From NCBI RefSeq assembly GCF_032062105.1, contig NW_026920935.1:372001-436000 (forward strand): a stretch of DNA of 64,000 nt. Reading direction: 5' to 3'. The notes under the pieces are model-generated. The model ran no database searches and was not told where the DNA came from. It saw only the letters and a list, made by a program, of their open reading frames with translations. Positions within the stretch are counted from its first letter, which is position 1; the number at the start of each line of letters is the position of its first letter. The stretch comes from Saccostrea cucullata (lineage: Eukaryota). Below are positions 1 through 12,277 of the stretch, piece by piece. A program made the position numbers and the translations under genes.

Positions 1-42
1 CTTGGGATCTGTTGTAATTTTTCCATGATTATTAATCCTTAC

Positions 43-3000
43 CTCCGGATCTGTTGTATCGATCCCCACACTCTGGGTCAGAGTCTTATTTTTATCCGCC
101 AGTCCCTCTGTCTCCTCAGCCAGGAGAAATCGCAGAAGTCGCTTCATGCTGACCCTGGCGGTGATGAAGGTCGTACAGAAGAGAGTAAACAGAGCCATGG
201 GGAGGGTCAGAATGTTAAACAAGGCTAGAGTAGACAAAGCCTTCCCCACATCTAACGGACTATCCTCCAGCTTTGGATACAAAATAAAAGTCTGCAAAGG
301 AGAAATATCAGGCATCAAACTTAGTTTAATTTTAAAATCAGGTTAGAAAATGCTACATGCAAGATATTTATTCTACATCTTTAAATTAACAGCAAAGTTT
401 GAATGTGAATGGCCTTATGATTCTGAAGGAGTTGAAATAAGGAAAGTTTAATCACAACAAATAATACAATACATATGAATGGCTCACTTGAACATTTGTC
501 TCATTTGAGCTAAAATGTTTTAAAAATGTACATAAAATATTGCACTAAAAATTTAGCACTATCTTCCTAATCAACTGATTTGTGTTATCATGAATTAGTG
601 CATTTAAAGCCCAGCCATTATCTGTACTATTTATTACAATCAAATATCAACATGTATTTATACTAAAAAGCAAAAGTAGAGCTAAAATGATAATGAATGA
701 AAATAGGTTCCCATTCCAAATAATCTCTGAAAATCATGAAATTGTGTCATACATACCACCATGGTTCCTATGGTTGGAACAGCAACAAGAATGAATGCTG
801 CAGAAAGAAAAGGGTTCTTTGTTAATATTATCATCTTTACTCATCTTCACTGTTGTAAGATATGTAATGTCTAATTTTTTTTTCATTCTTTTTCTTTCAA
901 TTTTGTATTATTCTTTCAATATTTGATTTACTCTATTTTATGGTTATCACAAGTTTTCTCCCTTGTTACAGAACATGACAGAATTTTTATTTTAAAATGC
1001 CTGTGTATACATACTGAAAAGAATTCTGAAAATACTGTTGATAAAGAGTACTTTCAATTCCTTCTTCCTCGATGCTTCAATTTCATGCCTAAAAAAATAC
1101 TCCCAGGCCAACAGTTTGATGACCTTTATGCCCTGAATGGCCTCATTACACTTTTTGACCCTCTTGTCAGATTGTGCCTAAAAATGATGAGAAAAAAAAA
1201 ACATATATGAGGGTTGTCCAAAAATTTTGTGGACAAATGCTTAATTCTCTACATAAACTCTGCAATAGCAAAAGTGTACGGTAATTTCTTAATATAGACC
1301 ATTATTTAGTACATATACAAAAATTCAAAAACACTATATCATGAACATTATAGGTATAAATACTTTGTATATATGCAAGCCGCACGGGCCAGTCTGACGC
1401 AACGCTAATTAACATGTTAACATCAAAAATATGGATTTGAATTTTTATCACATTCATGGACACACCTTAATTTTCTTTATTATGCCAGACTGCCAATTGT
1501 GTGCAATAATATTTATGTTTAGACCATCATTGATTTGATTTTTAAAATTAAAAACAATAAACATGATAATTTAAGAGCACAATCAATATAAGCACTCGTA
1601 TACACAGGCTGCACAGCCCAGTCCGACGGCGCTAGATTTATAACAAGGTCATGAATAAGGATATCCTCTTTTCATCAAATAACAGTGATTTTCCACTTCT
1701 TGTAGTGTCTCCAAAATTTTACACATCGCTGAAAAATCGTATTTACAAATTACAAATCAACAGACTAAATATATTCCAATAATTTTAAGCTGTCTGTATG
1801 AGTATATTGTGTCTGATGTCGTTTCAACCATATTAAACCATTATTGTAGGATTAGACCTGTCCCGTTCGAATGGCCGACGTCGCTTTTTTTGTCAATTTT
1901 TGAAACGTACTTCTTGCGGTTTTCGATTAAATTCTCACTGTCCATTTAGTAAGCAATACTTAAAGTGTCAGAAAATGTTGGTAATCGATTTATTTATTTA
2001 AGATTTGTCTCGTTTTTTAAAGAAAATTATCAATAAAATCACAACACTTTATTTAAAAGTTTATGGCATTTTAACCCTGGTCCGTGCCCATTATTGGCGA
2101 CCTTTAATAACCGCAATTTTTGCCAAAATATTAAGTTCAAACAAAAAAATCAAAACTATTCGGACTTGGATTTTCATAACTAACATTTTGGTATACAATA
2201 AGTATATCTTAAACCATTAATTTTGACAAAAAAGCCACCGTCCACGAACGTTTTGGACAACCCTCGTATATTATACACATGTATATTATTTTTAATACAC
2301 ATGTAATCTTCAATATGAGCAACACCTATAAGTATTACATTTTGTTTATGTAAACAGATGATTGAGGGGTATGCAGTTTAGAAAATAGAACTGCCCTCAC
2401 AGATTTACAATTGACTACGTATTATTTTTTAACTTCAGACAAAGCATGTCTAACTTTATCTAAATGTGATGTAAATTCTTTATCTTCCTGTTAATATCTT
2501 TGAGGTTTAGCTTCCTGGTTGTATAGAGAAGGAAGTGATTTATGATAAAGTATTTCTATAAATATGGGCTTACCATGACTTTTTTCTGCATATTAGACAT
2601 GCCTCGGCCCACCAGATATTGGAGTGGTCCAGACATCACCACCACTGACCCCCCAATCAGAGCCGTCCAGCCCATCTTCATGTACATCAACACCAGCGCT
2701 ATCACGATCTAAAATGTTAGAAAACATGCATTACTCTTCAATACCCAGCTGAAATATTAAAGGGCAGACACCTGCCACATAATACTTTGCTTGAATATTA
2801 CCAGTATTGCAAGTCATGCAAACAGAACAAATTTCTAAAATTATGGTGAAAGTTAAATTCTGTTAACTGAGGACGTTGAATTGTCTTACCGTCAGTGGCA
2901 CGCTCCAGATGTAGTGAATGAAGAAGAAGAGCATCATCATGTTGGTGGCATCCTGGGACATGTGGTTGATGATCTGTCCCATTGTCATCTTCCCTGAGTT

Positions 3001-6000
3001 AATCACCAGCCCAGACAGACGCAGTCCCTTGTTATACACCATTGCCTGTGTTCAAAGAGATTAACTAGGCTTTATTATTTCTATTACAGTCAAACCTTAT
3101 TATCTCAAAATTGTACCTTTCCATAGTACTTTCACTTTATATGGATTCATCAAAATAGTACAGCATTAGGAAATTTTCTTTAAAGATTCAAATTAAGAAA
3201 TTAGATTAATGAACATTTTTGCAATATTTTTTGCAATAAATGAATGTATTTGCTTGCAATTTAAAAATATGTAACAAGATACAGTTACCACTTTTAAAAG
3301 GCAGTATATAGGTAGACTGCAAAGTATTCACAGTGTGATAAATATAGTGATCAGTCTTAAATAACTTGATCAGAAACATAAATGAGATAGATGTGTGCTC
3401 CTCAAGTGTATCTTCATACCATTATGAGACGACAAAAAAGTCAACATATACAACCTGATAGTCAAAATAGCAAGTAAGGTAGGAAGCATCCCCCAAAACA
3501 TATTTGTGAAATCTAAAGTTAACTTTACACAGATGAATATGTTCCATTCACCTAAATCTAGGTCAATGTCAAGGTCATCTCTGTGTTTCTATTAAGAATA
3601 TCTTAATTGTCCTAGTTTTCCCAGTTGTGAACATTTCAGATTCTGCTCTAAATAATTCACTACAGAAAAGCCAAACTAAACTGTCGAGTTTGATTAATTA
3701 AGGCATGTTACAACCAATCTATAGACTGTGTTTTGGATTACAGTATAGCTAAATCTACTCTATATGCAAAATTGCAGAAGAAAAAATAAGATAGAAAATG
3801 ATAGCCACAGAAAATACATGTATAATTCAGATCTACATGTAGATAAAAAGGACTCAAAGATTATCATATTCTGTAACCACAAAAAAAAAAATAAGTAGTA
3901 TGCACCACAGCAAGCCCCACATGATTTAAGTGCTCTCCTGAGATGATCCACTGAATGAGTGAAAAACTTAAAAGAAATTAATCTTCTAACACATTACTCA
4001 GACCCTGTGACATTATTTGTGTGTGACCTATTACAGTGTCAGAGTTTTTGATAGATCTGATAACCCAACGAAGTGCATCAAGCATTAAATAACATTCTGT
4101 GAAGTATTCAAAAATTTAAATAATAATAAATAATAATGTTGCTTGTATAAAAATACATGACCATGCAATACATGTACATATATTATGTCAATGGGAGTGC
4201 CAATATTTTTTTTAACTAAAGATACACAATTGTTATTTAGGCAAGGCAAAATATTATTCATGCATATATATTTATCCCAGTAAATATTCCATATTAAAGT
4301 TTTCTTTATTTAGGTTATACTGCTCACCATTCAACTGAGATAACTACTGGTGACCAATGAAAAAAGACAAAGTCATTGATCAATACTAAATAATTATACA
4401 CAAACAGATTTCTGTGAAACAATTTATTACTACATTAGACCAAAGTGGCAATATATGGTACCACGAAATGCTATCAATCATTTCTACAACATTTTAACTT
4501 ACGTACTTTTCTGATTCATCACTTATGTTAGAAAGACATTGATCACATATTTTAAGGCCTAGAAAAAAAATATGTTTGTTTCCACTTTCAGGCTGAAAAA
4601 ATATAGGGTAGGTAGGTAGGCAATTTTTTTTTTTTTGAAAAAATTTTTTTTTGCTTCTTTAATCAAATCATGTATAGAAGTAACATTAATGACAAAAGAA
4701 ATGGTGTTTTCAAGCATTACTGTGACTTAACTTATAATAGAAAGGTGACCCAAACTTCTTTCTGTCTTGAAAAGTTTGCAAAGTTGGAGGCTATAATTCC
4801 CTGGTTGAAATCTTGCACATCATGGGACAAAAGCATTAAAAAAATATTTAGGGTCGGCACTATAAATTAGGGTCGGTCGGGAAAGCGGAAACAAACATAT
4901 TTTTTTTCTAGGCCTAATGGATTTTTTTCTGGTGTTGATTTTGTATTTGATCTTTGAACTTTTAACTCTTAATGACCATAAAAATTTCATTAAATTTATA
5001 TAGAGAAAATTTGAGGCAGACACTACATTTCCAAAAACATGGCTGAAACCTAACTGTACTTTATAGTACATATACCCTACAGAATTAATCCATATGTAAA
5101 TAGAAGATGCTTCTGAATCTTATCAGCATTTAATGTTTTTTTTCTGATGTTGATTTTGTATTTGATCTATGACCTTTGAACTTTCAGACCCTCCTAATGA
5201 CCTTGTTAAGAAATCAATCCCTGATTATTCCTTCATACTTACAATACACCTCCCAAAACATGGGTGAAATATACACTACTTAGCACCATATACCCTACAC
5301 AATGAATCCATATGTAAATGCAAGATGCGTCTGAATATTTTATTTAGATCTTATCAGCACTTATCTAATTCTAGCTAAGAATTTGAGTTTGCTTTTTCTT
5401 TGCTTTATTTTGGCAATTATATCAGAAATACAACATTTTAGAGTTTTCTTTTAGGAATCAAGCAGTGCTCTAATTAGAAAGCGTACCTGTACAGCCACTT
5501 TCAAACTGGCCCCCGTATTTAATGAAATAAATCCATAGAACTGATGACATGCAGCTTGTATTGTGGTTGTTAGTATGAGCACCACAGCTACCACATAACC
5601 ATTGGAGAAAAAATCCGCAACAGTAATGTATCTAGCATGCATGGTCTGCAAGGCAAAAAAATACAATATAAAACAACGACACTTAGTGCAGGTGTACCTG
5701 AATGGAGGCCCTCAGTTTAGCAGCCTCTAATATGACAAGGTAGTGGTGCTGCTGCCACAAGCTGTTCTGTATTACGGTGAGGATCAGTAGCCCAGCGGCC
5801 AGAACATACCCATTAGAAAAGAATTCACTGGCAGTTACATAACTATTAACGTCCTGAAAGGCAATCAATAATTTAGTCATGTTATGATATATTGTTGTGC
5901 TTCTTTTCCATGTATGTTGTTGAAGTGACTTGAGTAATAGGGCAATGTTAACTTAATAAAACTGACTTTCTTAAATACACAGGTGAACAACATTGAATAA

Positions 6001-9000
6001 CATTGAAAAGTGAAAAAAAATTATACATTGTAACTTTTATCAAGTATGTCATAAAAATTGCATAGCTGGGTGGGAAATCTCCAAATTTTAATATTTGCCA
6101 CATTTTCTTATAAATGATAATCACATTACCATATTTAGAGGTGTCGTCATGACAACAGATTGGTTGCCATTGGAAGCTGAGGAGATATTGTACAGGACCA
6201 CAGTCTGGGAGATGTTAGAGACAGCTGAGCTGCCATTGGTTAGATGGCTGTCCTCTTTGAGTTTCACTTGTTCATATGCATAATTTATAATCAGCTCAAT
6301 GCACCAAGGTCCAACAAATTGGATGATGTCTCCGAAAAAACGCAGAAAGCCGGCCAAACATAGATTCTTCCAGAAGACTCGCAGGTACACCTTGTGGAAA
6401 TTGAGTTTTTTGCCATTTCTCTGACTTTTGTCCTACAAAGAGGAGAAACAGATTCAGATCTGTAGTAAATATCCCTTGCTTTTAGGCAAAACATGGGGGA
6501 AAAGTTACACAAAGTCTTCTAATTTTTTGGTAATTTATGTGTTGAAATTCAATTAACTTTAGAGTAAGTTAAAATCTCAGAATGTTTTTTTTTATCAGAC
6601 AAAATATACATGTAAATGTTAGGTAAATGAGCTACAGAATTATGACTTTGTTCAAGCTGATTACAGAAGACTTACCAATTCATCCTCAAATACAGCCTTA
6701 AATCTTCTATACACAGACTCCACTTGTATGTCCTGCAAATGTATATAGATATTTCAAAGACTTCACAATTTTCATTTAATAAATCAAAAATATTTTGAAT
6801 TATTGATGGAGATTTTTTTTCCATTTTCATGATTTTATAAACTTTATGACATTTAAATGATTTAGATAGCATACAAATGTATAAGACACATACTATACAA
6901 GCAAGCAAATTAAGGACTGTGGCTTTTGTTAATCATGATTAATAATGTTTAAAAAACTGTAGAATAAATAAAAAATCCTGATACACTGCATATCTCAAGT
7001 TTTTGGCAAAGTAAAGTGGAAACTGGAAGAATAAATAGAGAAATTACTGGTATACAGATCCATTTGCACATTTTTCATGATTTAGATGACACCATTTACT
7101 AGTGGAGACCAGACTGCATATTTAGACCTCTATTTGGCACTTATGGCCTTTGAGCAGTGAGGAATTTTTTATGCCAGCATCTAAGTACCCTGAAAAAGTC
7201 TCAAACAAAGGACTGGTTTCTGCATCCCACAGTGGAAATCAAAGCTACAATGTAAGGATTAACTCCATACACACAACTCTAGGGAAAATGTACCACCCAC
7301 TGCACCATGTGGGCAACAAGTTTTATTTCACAATCATATTGATGCTATTTTTGGAAAAAAATCTGTTTTTTGCTAGGACTTCTTTCTTGTTTTACTTGGG
7401 GATTACAATATCTGGTATGGGGTCATATGAATATCAATATTGTTACAGCAAAAAACACCTTGACCTGACATTACTATTAGAAAGTGTACAATGACTTTTT
7501 TATAATTGATATGAGATAAACACTGCCTGTATTATGCATTAACAATTACATGTATATCAGCTAGTCTTCACGAGAAAACTTGTGTTCCATCATTATCAGT
7601 CACTGCTCTCTACCTTACGTGTAAGTGGACAGACTTTTAAGTCATCACTCATATCTCCACTGGACTCTGATGGAGTCAATCATTCAAAGACTCAGGAGAC
7701 CCAGTTCCATTTCAATATTGACCTAATTTACTGATCTGGTTGACCTATTAACTATACAGTTGACATGTACCTATTAGACCTGACTTTGTTGGATACATTG
7801 ACAAAATGTGTCTGTCAGCCTAAAAATTCTTCTGTCAAAAAATCTATTTTGTTTTCTCAAGAAATTAGAATTGTTTGCTGATCATCTTAAACCAAATTTA
7901 TGACTATGTAATGGGAAAGGAGAAAATGCAGTGGACCAGACAGGGATTCGAACCCAGGCCTTCAGGTCAGGTGCTCTACCAAATGAGCTATCTGGCCACC
8001 AGCGATCGAACCCAGCTGACCGCCACAACTGAAAAAGTTTTTCAAATATGGAATTAATTTTCTTTCATTAAGATTTAATCTCATTAACTTGATGAAATTA
8101 TTTAAAATAAAAGCAATTAACAAAATAGCTGGAAATTAAAAGGATTTAATTTTCCTTTACTTTATATGAAGTATGGTGTTCATGGTGTTAAACTTTAATT
8201 CACACAACTATGTGATTTAATTGTAAGTTGCAAATAAAGGTTTCTAAACTTATATACCTTATTTTAAAACTATCAAAAATCATGACAAAATTGTATAGTA
8301 ATCATATATGATATATATTGTGTGGTTCATTTGGATTTTGTTTTATCAAATTCACTTGTATTATAAGCTTATGGGGTATAGGACAATACATGTGCTAGAC
8401 GTGTATCATATTCATGGAGAATTTTTTTGTTTGTATGTTCAACATCTTGAACCAGATTTTCACTCATATGGAGATGCTACCATTTGCAATTTTGTGCTAC
8501 ACTCAAGGCTATTGAGCAGTGCAGGAATCTTTTTCATCATCTGACTTCATCCTGCAATATAAGGATCAACTCCTTACTCCGCAACTCTAGTCTAGAGCAG
8601 TCTTCAAAGAGTGCATTTGTCATAATTTTCTGCTATCATGTTACTGTTGAAAGTTATATACCAGAAACATACACAAGGTAGCTTCAATATTTGTTTAAAA
8701 AAATTCTTAAAGACAAAATTGATAAAACTATTCATTTATCTAGAAATCCGATACATCTCTGTCAGAACTATTTACTAATTTAATATTAATTATCAAATCT
8801 TTCTCTCTTTTTAACATTTGAATTTACTTGTATCAAAAAGTAACAATCAATGGGCAAAGGTAATCATCATATTATGATAAAAGAATTTGATATCCACTAT
8901 CCCATAACACCAACATAGTCAATCATTAATCCATAAAATCTATAGTCAGAATGATTTGCTATTTTTATTATATTTATGATAAAAAGGCATAATTGATAAA

Positions 9001-11584
9001 TTTACTTTATTATTTTTTTTTTGTACAATAGTAATCTGATGACCATGATTTTATTATACATACACATATACATATACAGAGAAATTACACATTAGTCACA
9101 TTTTTTAACTTAGATAAGAGTACAGATCAATTGTAAAAGGTTAAAGATCAGTCTTGACTTACACTTAAGTAAATGGCTAAATGTCCTCTTTTTTGGTACC
9201 ATCTATCTAGATATTTCATTTGTTTAAAGCCAATCCTTAGTTAACTCTATCTATCAGATGTTTCCTTCGAAAATGTTACACCTCAAATTCCTTTTCTGAT
9301 AAAATTTAAATCATATATATATTTTTATAAAGTTTGGGATTCAATCAAGACTTTCAAAAATTTTATTGTAATAGTATTTATTTAGGTTTTCCACACTTGT
9401 GTGATATGTCTCTGAATCAACCTTTTTTAAAAGTCCTGCACCTGTATATCCTATAAGTCCTAAATAATAACCTATTGATTATGTCAATCCCTCTTGAGGG
9501 CAGGTCAACCTTATCAATGAAAGAGTGCATTACAACCTTCAATAGTGAAAGGACATGTTAACTTGATATTGTGGTCAGCTCTACTTCAATGGATTTTATT
9601 TGTTCAAACAGCAGATTGAACTCAATACACTGACATGGTCTACATTAAGTTTCTACCACCTGATTTAGTTAACCAAGTTATTACACATTGGAGATTTCAT
9701 ATCATCATTCCTCTCTGGATTAAGTTCCCTATTTACCTTACATGAATATTGACAAGGATATATATTATAATTAGCATACAACAAATGTGAAATGGACCTC
9801 ATTTATCTGCCCTGATAACTCAACTGACCAACCAAAGACAGATGTAAATCTTGTTGGGTTTTTGTTTGAATTATTTACCGAACACTCGATTTTGTCACCC
9901 CATTTCCTATCTCACTCCTCTACGACTGACAACCCTAATCACGCTAATAAAAGCATGTAAATGTGTATTACACACAAACACAACACTATGGCATGTACAG
10001 AACATGCTGAATGTAATTTACAATTCAAACAACAATTCAGCATTCTAATTGTTCTCAAACATGATTGTTAAATACAATTTTTGCAGCATTTTGTTCAAGC
10101 AAGTAAAATAAAAGTCTCACTACACCAATACTATATCAAAATATAGAATTATTATTAATTCAAAGACAAACTGTCAGGAATTTACAGCTTTGCAAAAATG
10201 AGCTAATGAATAAATCCCCATTTTGATTTTACAAGTTGGCATGCATGTCAATTTACAGCATGGAATTTTAGTCTCTTTTGGTTTTCAACAAAACACATAA
10301 ATACAAAATTATGACCCTTAATAAATTAATCAATACAACATGTTTAATAGATATTTAATTCAATTTTCGACATCAGTAGCTCTCAACATGTGCATGATGT
10401 GCATGTGAAATACTAACTATGCTATTTTATTTGTCTCTAATAATTATCTTGTTTTCTGTGCATTTTTTTTTTATTTCATCTGGAATGATGATAATATTTA
10501 CAGAGTTGATTATATAGAAAAATAGGAACTGTTCGATGACAAAAGCGATAAAAAGTGTAACTTCAAACCTTTGGTAAATGTCCAAGGTCTTCCTGCTCAT
10601 AGGGTTTCTTAAAACCATCTGAAAGGAATCCATTTAGCCACCAAAATGTTACTTTGGATAGAAAGTTCACATGCTTGAATACAAATTTGCTTTCTCCAAG
10701 ATCAGGTGGGGTTTTTGCTGGCACTGGATTTTTGAAGAAGGCATATTTCTGTTGTAAAAATTTAAATTATTTTAAACCATTGTCATCATAATTATACAAT
10801 TTATAGCAATAAGACAGTCCATTTCAAAATTATTTTAATAAATTGTTCTTCTCAAGTAACAAACTTCGATCATTATAAATTATATGTACCAGTATAGCTG
10901 TACTGGTATATACTATTTACACATTAATTTAGTAGGAATTCAGAATTTAAAGGGACAAATTTAATTTGTCTTTAAATGACCTTTAGCCTACTGCTCTACT
11001 TTTCACTTCAACATGTTCAATCTTACCTGGACTCTTAGTAAATTAAGTTCAACCGTCAGTAATATCACATAGAATGCCACATCAATCCAAGTTAACCACA
11101 CTCTCACATGGGCTACAGATATACCATTTTTGTGCAATGAAACACCCTTCAATATTTTTATTGGTAACACCGACATCCAATATGCCAAGATTATAAGTAA
11201 AAATCTTGGAGAATTCCACTGTTCTATGTTATGGTAGAATACAAGAGTCAATATAGTTGCTACAAAGGCAATGATCGGTGGTATGAAGACATGGTAATTT
11301 ACAGTGTCAGGATCTTGGGAATCTGACATAAACCCTTCTGCAATTTCGGTGCCAATTATGATAACCAAAGCAAGTGAAAAAAGCCATCTTACATTGTGCC
11401 CCTTGAAATGTACCCATGTTGTTGCATTGTAGTACTTAGACTTGCACCACACAATCAATATAAACAAACTGACAAGCAAAAATATTGCATGTGGCACAAT
11501 GTTAAGAACATCCACAAAGCATTCATTCTTCACAACACCCTCTGCAACACTTCTAGCTTTGTTTTTAGATCCACAAAAAGACAT
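43..11584 (-). CDS. ABCC9: ABC transporter C family, sulfonylurea-receptor (ABCC8/ABCC9)-like; 5' portion (TMD0, L0, TMD1); continues beyond window start
   Basis: Exons (- strand, all GT-AG, phases consistent): 11584-11027 (MSFCGSK...NLLRVQ, TMD0), 10748-10569 (KYAFFK...FLSKVTFWWLN...DLGHLPK, L0), 6732-6676, 6432-6130, [5853-5698 or 5645-5487], 3045-2890 (AMVYNKGLRLS...GQIINHMSQD), 2708-2574, 1177-1015 (SDKRVKKCNEAIQGIKVIKLLAWE), 797-757, 291-43 (ALSTLALFNILTLP...VSMKRLLRFL). The N-terminal FCG and these motifs match SUR1/SUR2. ABCC8 versus ABCC9 cannot be resolved for an invertebrate. Confidence 0.92.
1208..2266. mobile_element. Non-autonomous Tc1/mariner-type element in SUR intron
   Basis: Imperfect ~27-bp TIR (T/C)GAGGGTTGTCCAAAA..TT.GTGGAC at both ends, flanked by TA (1206-1207, 2267-2268); no transposase ORF. 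Confidence 0.85.
4556..4914. mobile_element. MITE with GGCC termini and TAA TSD (PIF/Harbinger- or Zator-type)
   Basis: TIR GGCCTAGAAAAAAAATATGTTTGTTTCC, TSD TAA at 4553-4555 and 4915-4917; internal GGTAGGTAGG/GGTCGGTCGG motifs. Confidence 0.85.
4922..5359. repeat. Diverged two-copy tandem duplication, ~215-bp unit
   Basis: TTTTTCTG.TGTTGATTTTGTATTTGATCT...CCAAAACATGG.TGAAA...CATATACCCTACA...AATCCATATGTAAAT...TCTTATCAGCA occurs at ~4922-5128 and ~5137-5359. Confidence 0.75.
5487..5645 (-). CDS. SUR-like alternative exon B (159 nt, phase 0-0, paralog of exon A)
   Basis: ttgcag|ACC...CAG|gtacgc; TMHARYITVADFFSNGYVVAVVLILTTTIQAACHQFYGFISLNTGASLKVAVQ; colinear with exon A. Confidence 0.85.
5698..5853 (-). 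CDS. SUR-like alternative exon A (156 nt, phase 0-0, TM7 region)
   Basis: ttcag|GAC...CAG|gtacac; DVNSYVTASEFFSNGYVLAAGLLILTVIQNSLWQQHHYLVILEAAKLRASIQ. Confidence 0.88.
7932..8030 (-). repeat. tRNA-derived sequence (SINE head or tRNA pseudogene)
   Basis: Minus strand GGCCAGA TAGCTCATTTGGTAGAGC ... CTGGGTTCGAATCCCTG TCTGGTCC: A box, B box, acceptor-, D- and T-stems present; anticodon arm truncated. Confidence 0.65.
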
Positions 11585-11599
11585 GTTTTCTGTCACTAC

Positions 11600-12277
11600 C
11601 TTGCGAGGAATAAATCTTACTCTGTCATTCTTTGTAATTTACATATTGAAAGTAAAGGTGAAATTATGTTACGCTCGGGCAACAAAGGTCGTATTGCATA
11701 ATAAATAGTAACGGCAAAAACGACCCAAAAAATAAACCCCGTTCAGGTCACAGGGAGAATTCGGCTAAATTGCCAAACAACACTCATGTACTTCTAAATG
11801 CGACTTCCGGTGGGTCAACAAATAGTTAGATTACATGGATATAAATCTAGTGTGAATACAACAGATAAAAGCATTTTATTTAATTTCATTAATTTGCCAA
11901 AATATACTTAAACTAGTATATTGTTTTGAATAAGTCAATCTTTTGAACAAAAAAATTCGAAATATTCTTGCGCGAATTAAATACAGTAAGTCGACTAAAA
12001 ATGCTTCGGTTTAAAATCCCCAAACCTAGAAATCGGATGAACTGAATTATTTTCACGTTAGATTTTATTATAATGATAAATCTTTTGAATAATGAATTAT
12101 TTGATTTTTCATGTTAATGACTGTCATGAAATATTGAGCGTATTTTTAGAATCCGAATCATTAAATGAAATAGTTAACTACGTTGGACAAGAAAAATAAA
12201 TCCTGTATCCATTTGTGTCATTGTGTGTGAGTTCCAAAGCGGAATATCAAGCTCAATTTTAATATCAGTAGTGGACA
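11600..12277. promoter_or_regulatory. Putative bidirectional promoter between SUR-like gene and SPT4
   Basis: Divergent start codons at 11584 (-) and 12278 (+), ~700 bp apart; local CpG enrichment; ETS-like ACTTCCGG at ~11803. Confidence 0.55.

Noticed and set aside
3047-5486. Third copy of the SUR alternative exon
   Set aside because: No FSNGY-like open frame with splice sites found; the intron holds a MITE and a non-coding duplication
7932-7997. Functional tRNA gene
   Set aside because: Anticodon arm is truncated and no anticodon can be assigned; treated as a tRNA-derived repeat
8480-8660. Possible extra SUR exon on the - strand
   Set aside because: No phase-compatible open frame with SUR-like sequence; the missing L0 segment is supplied by 6732-6676
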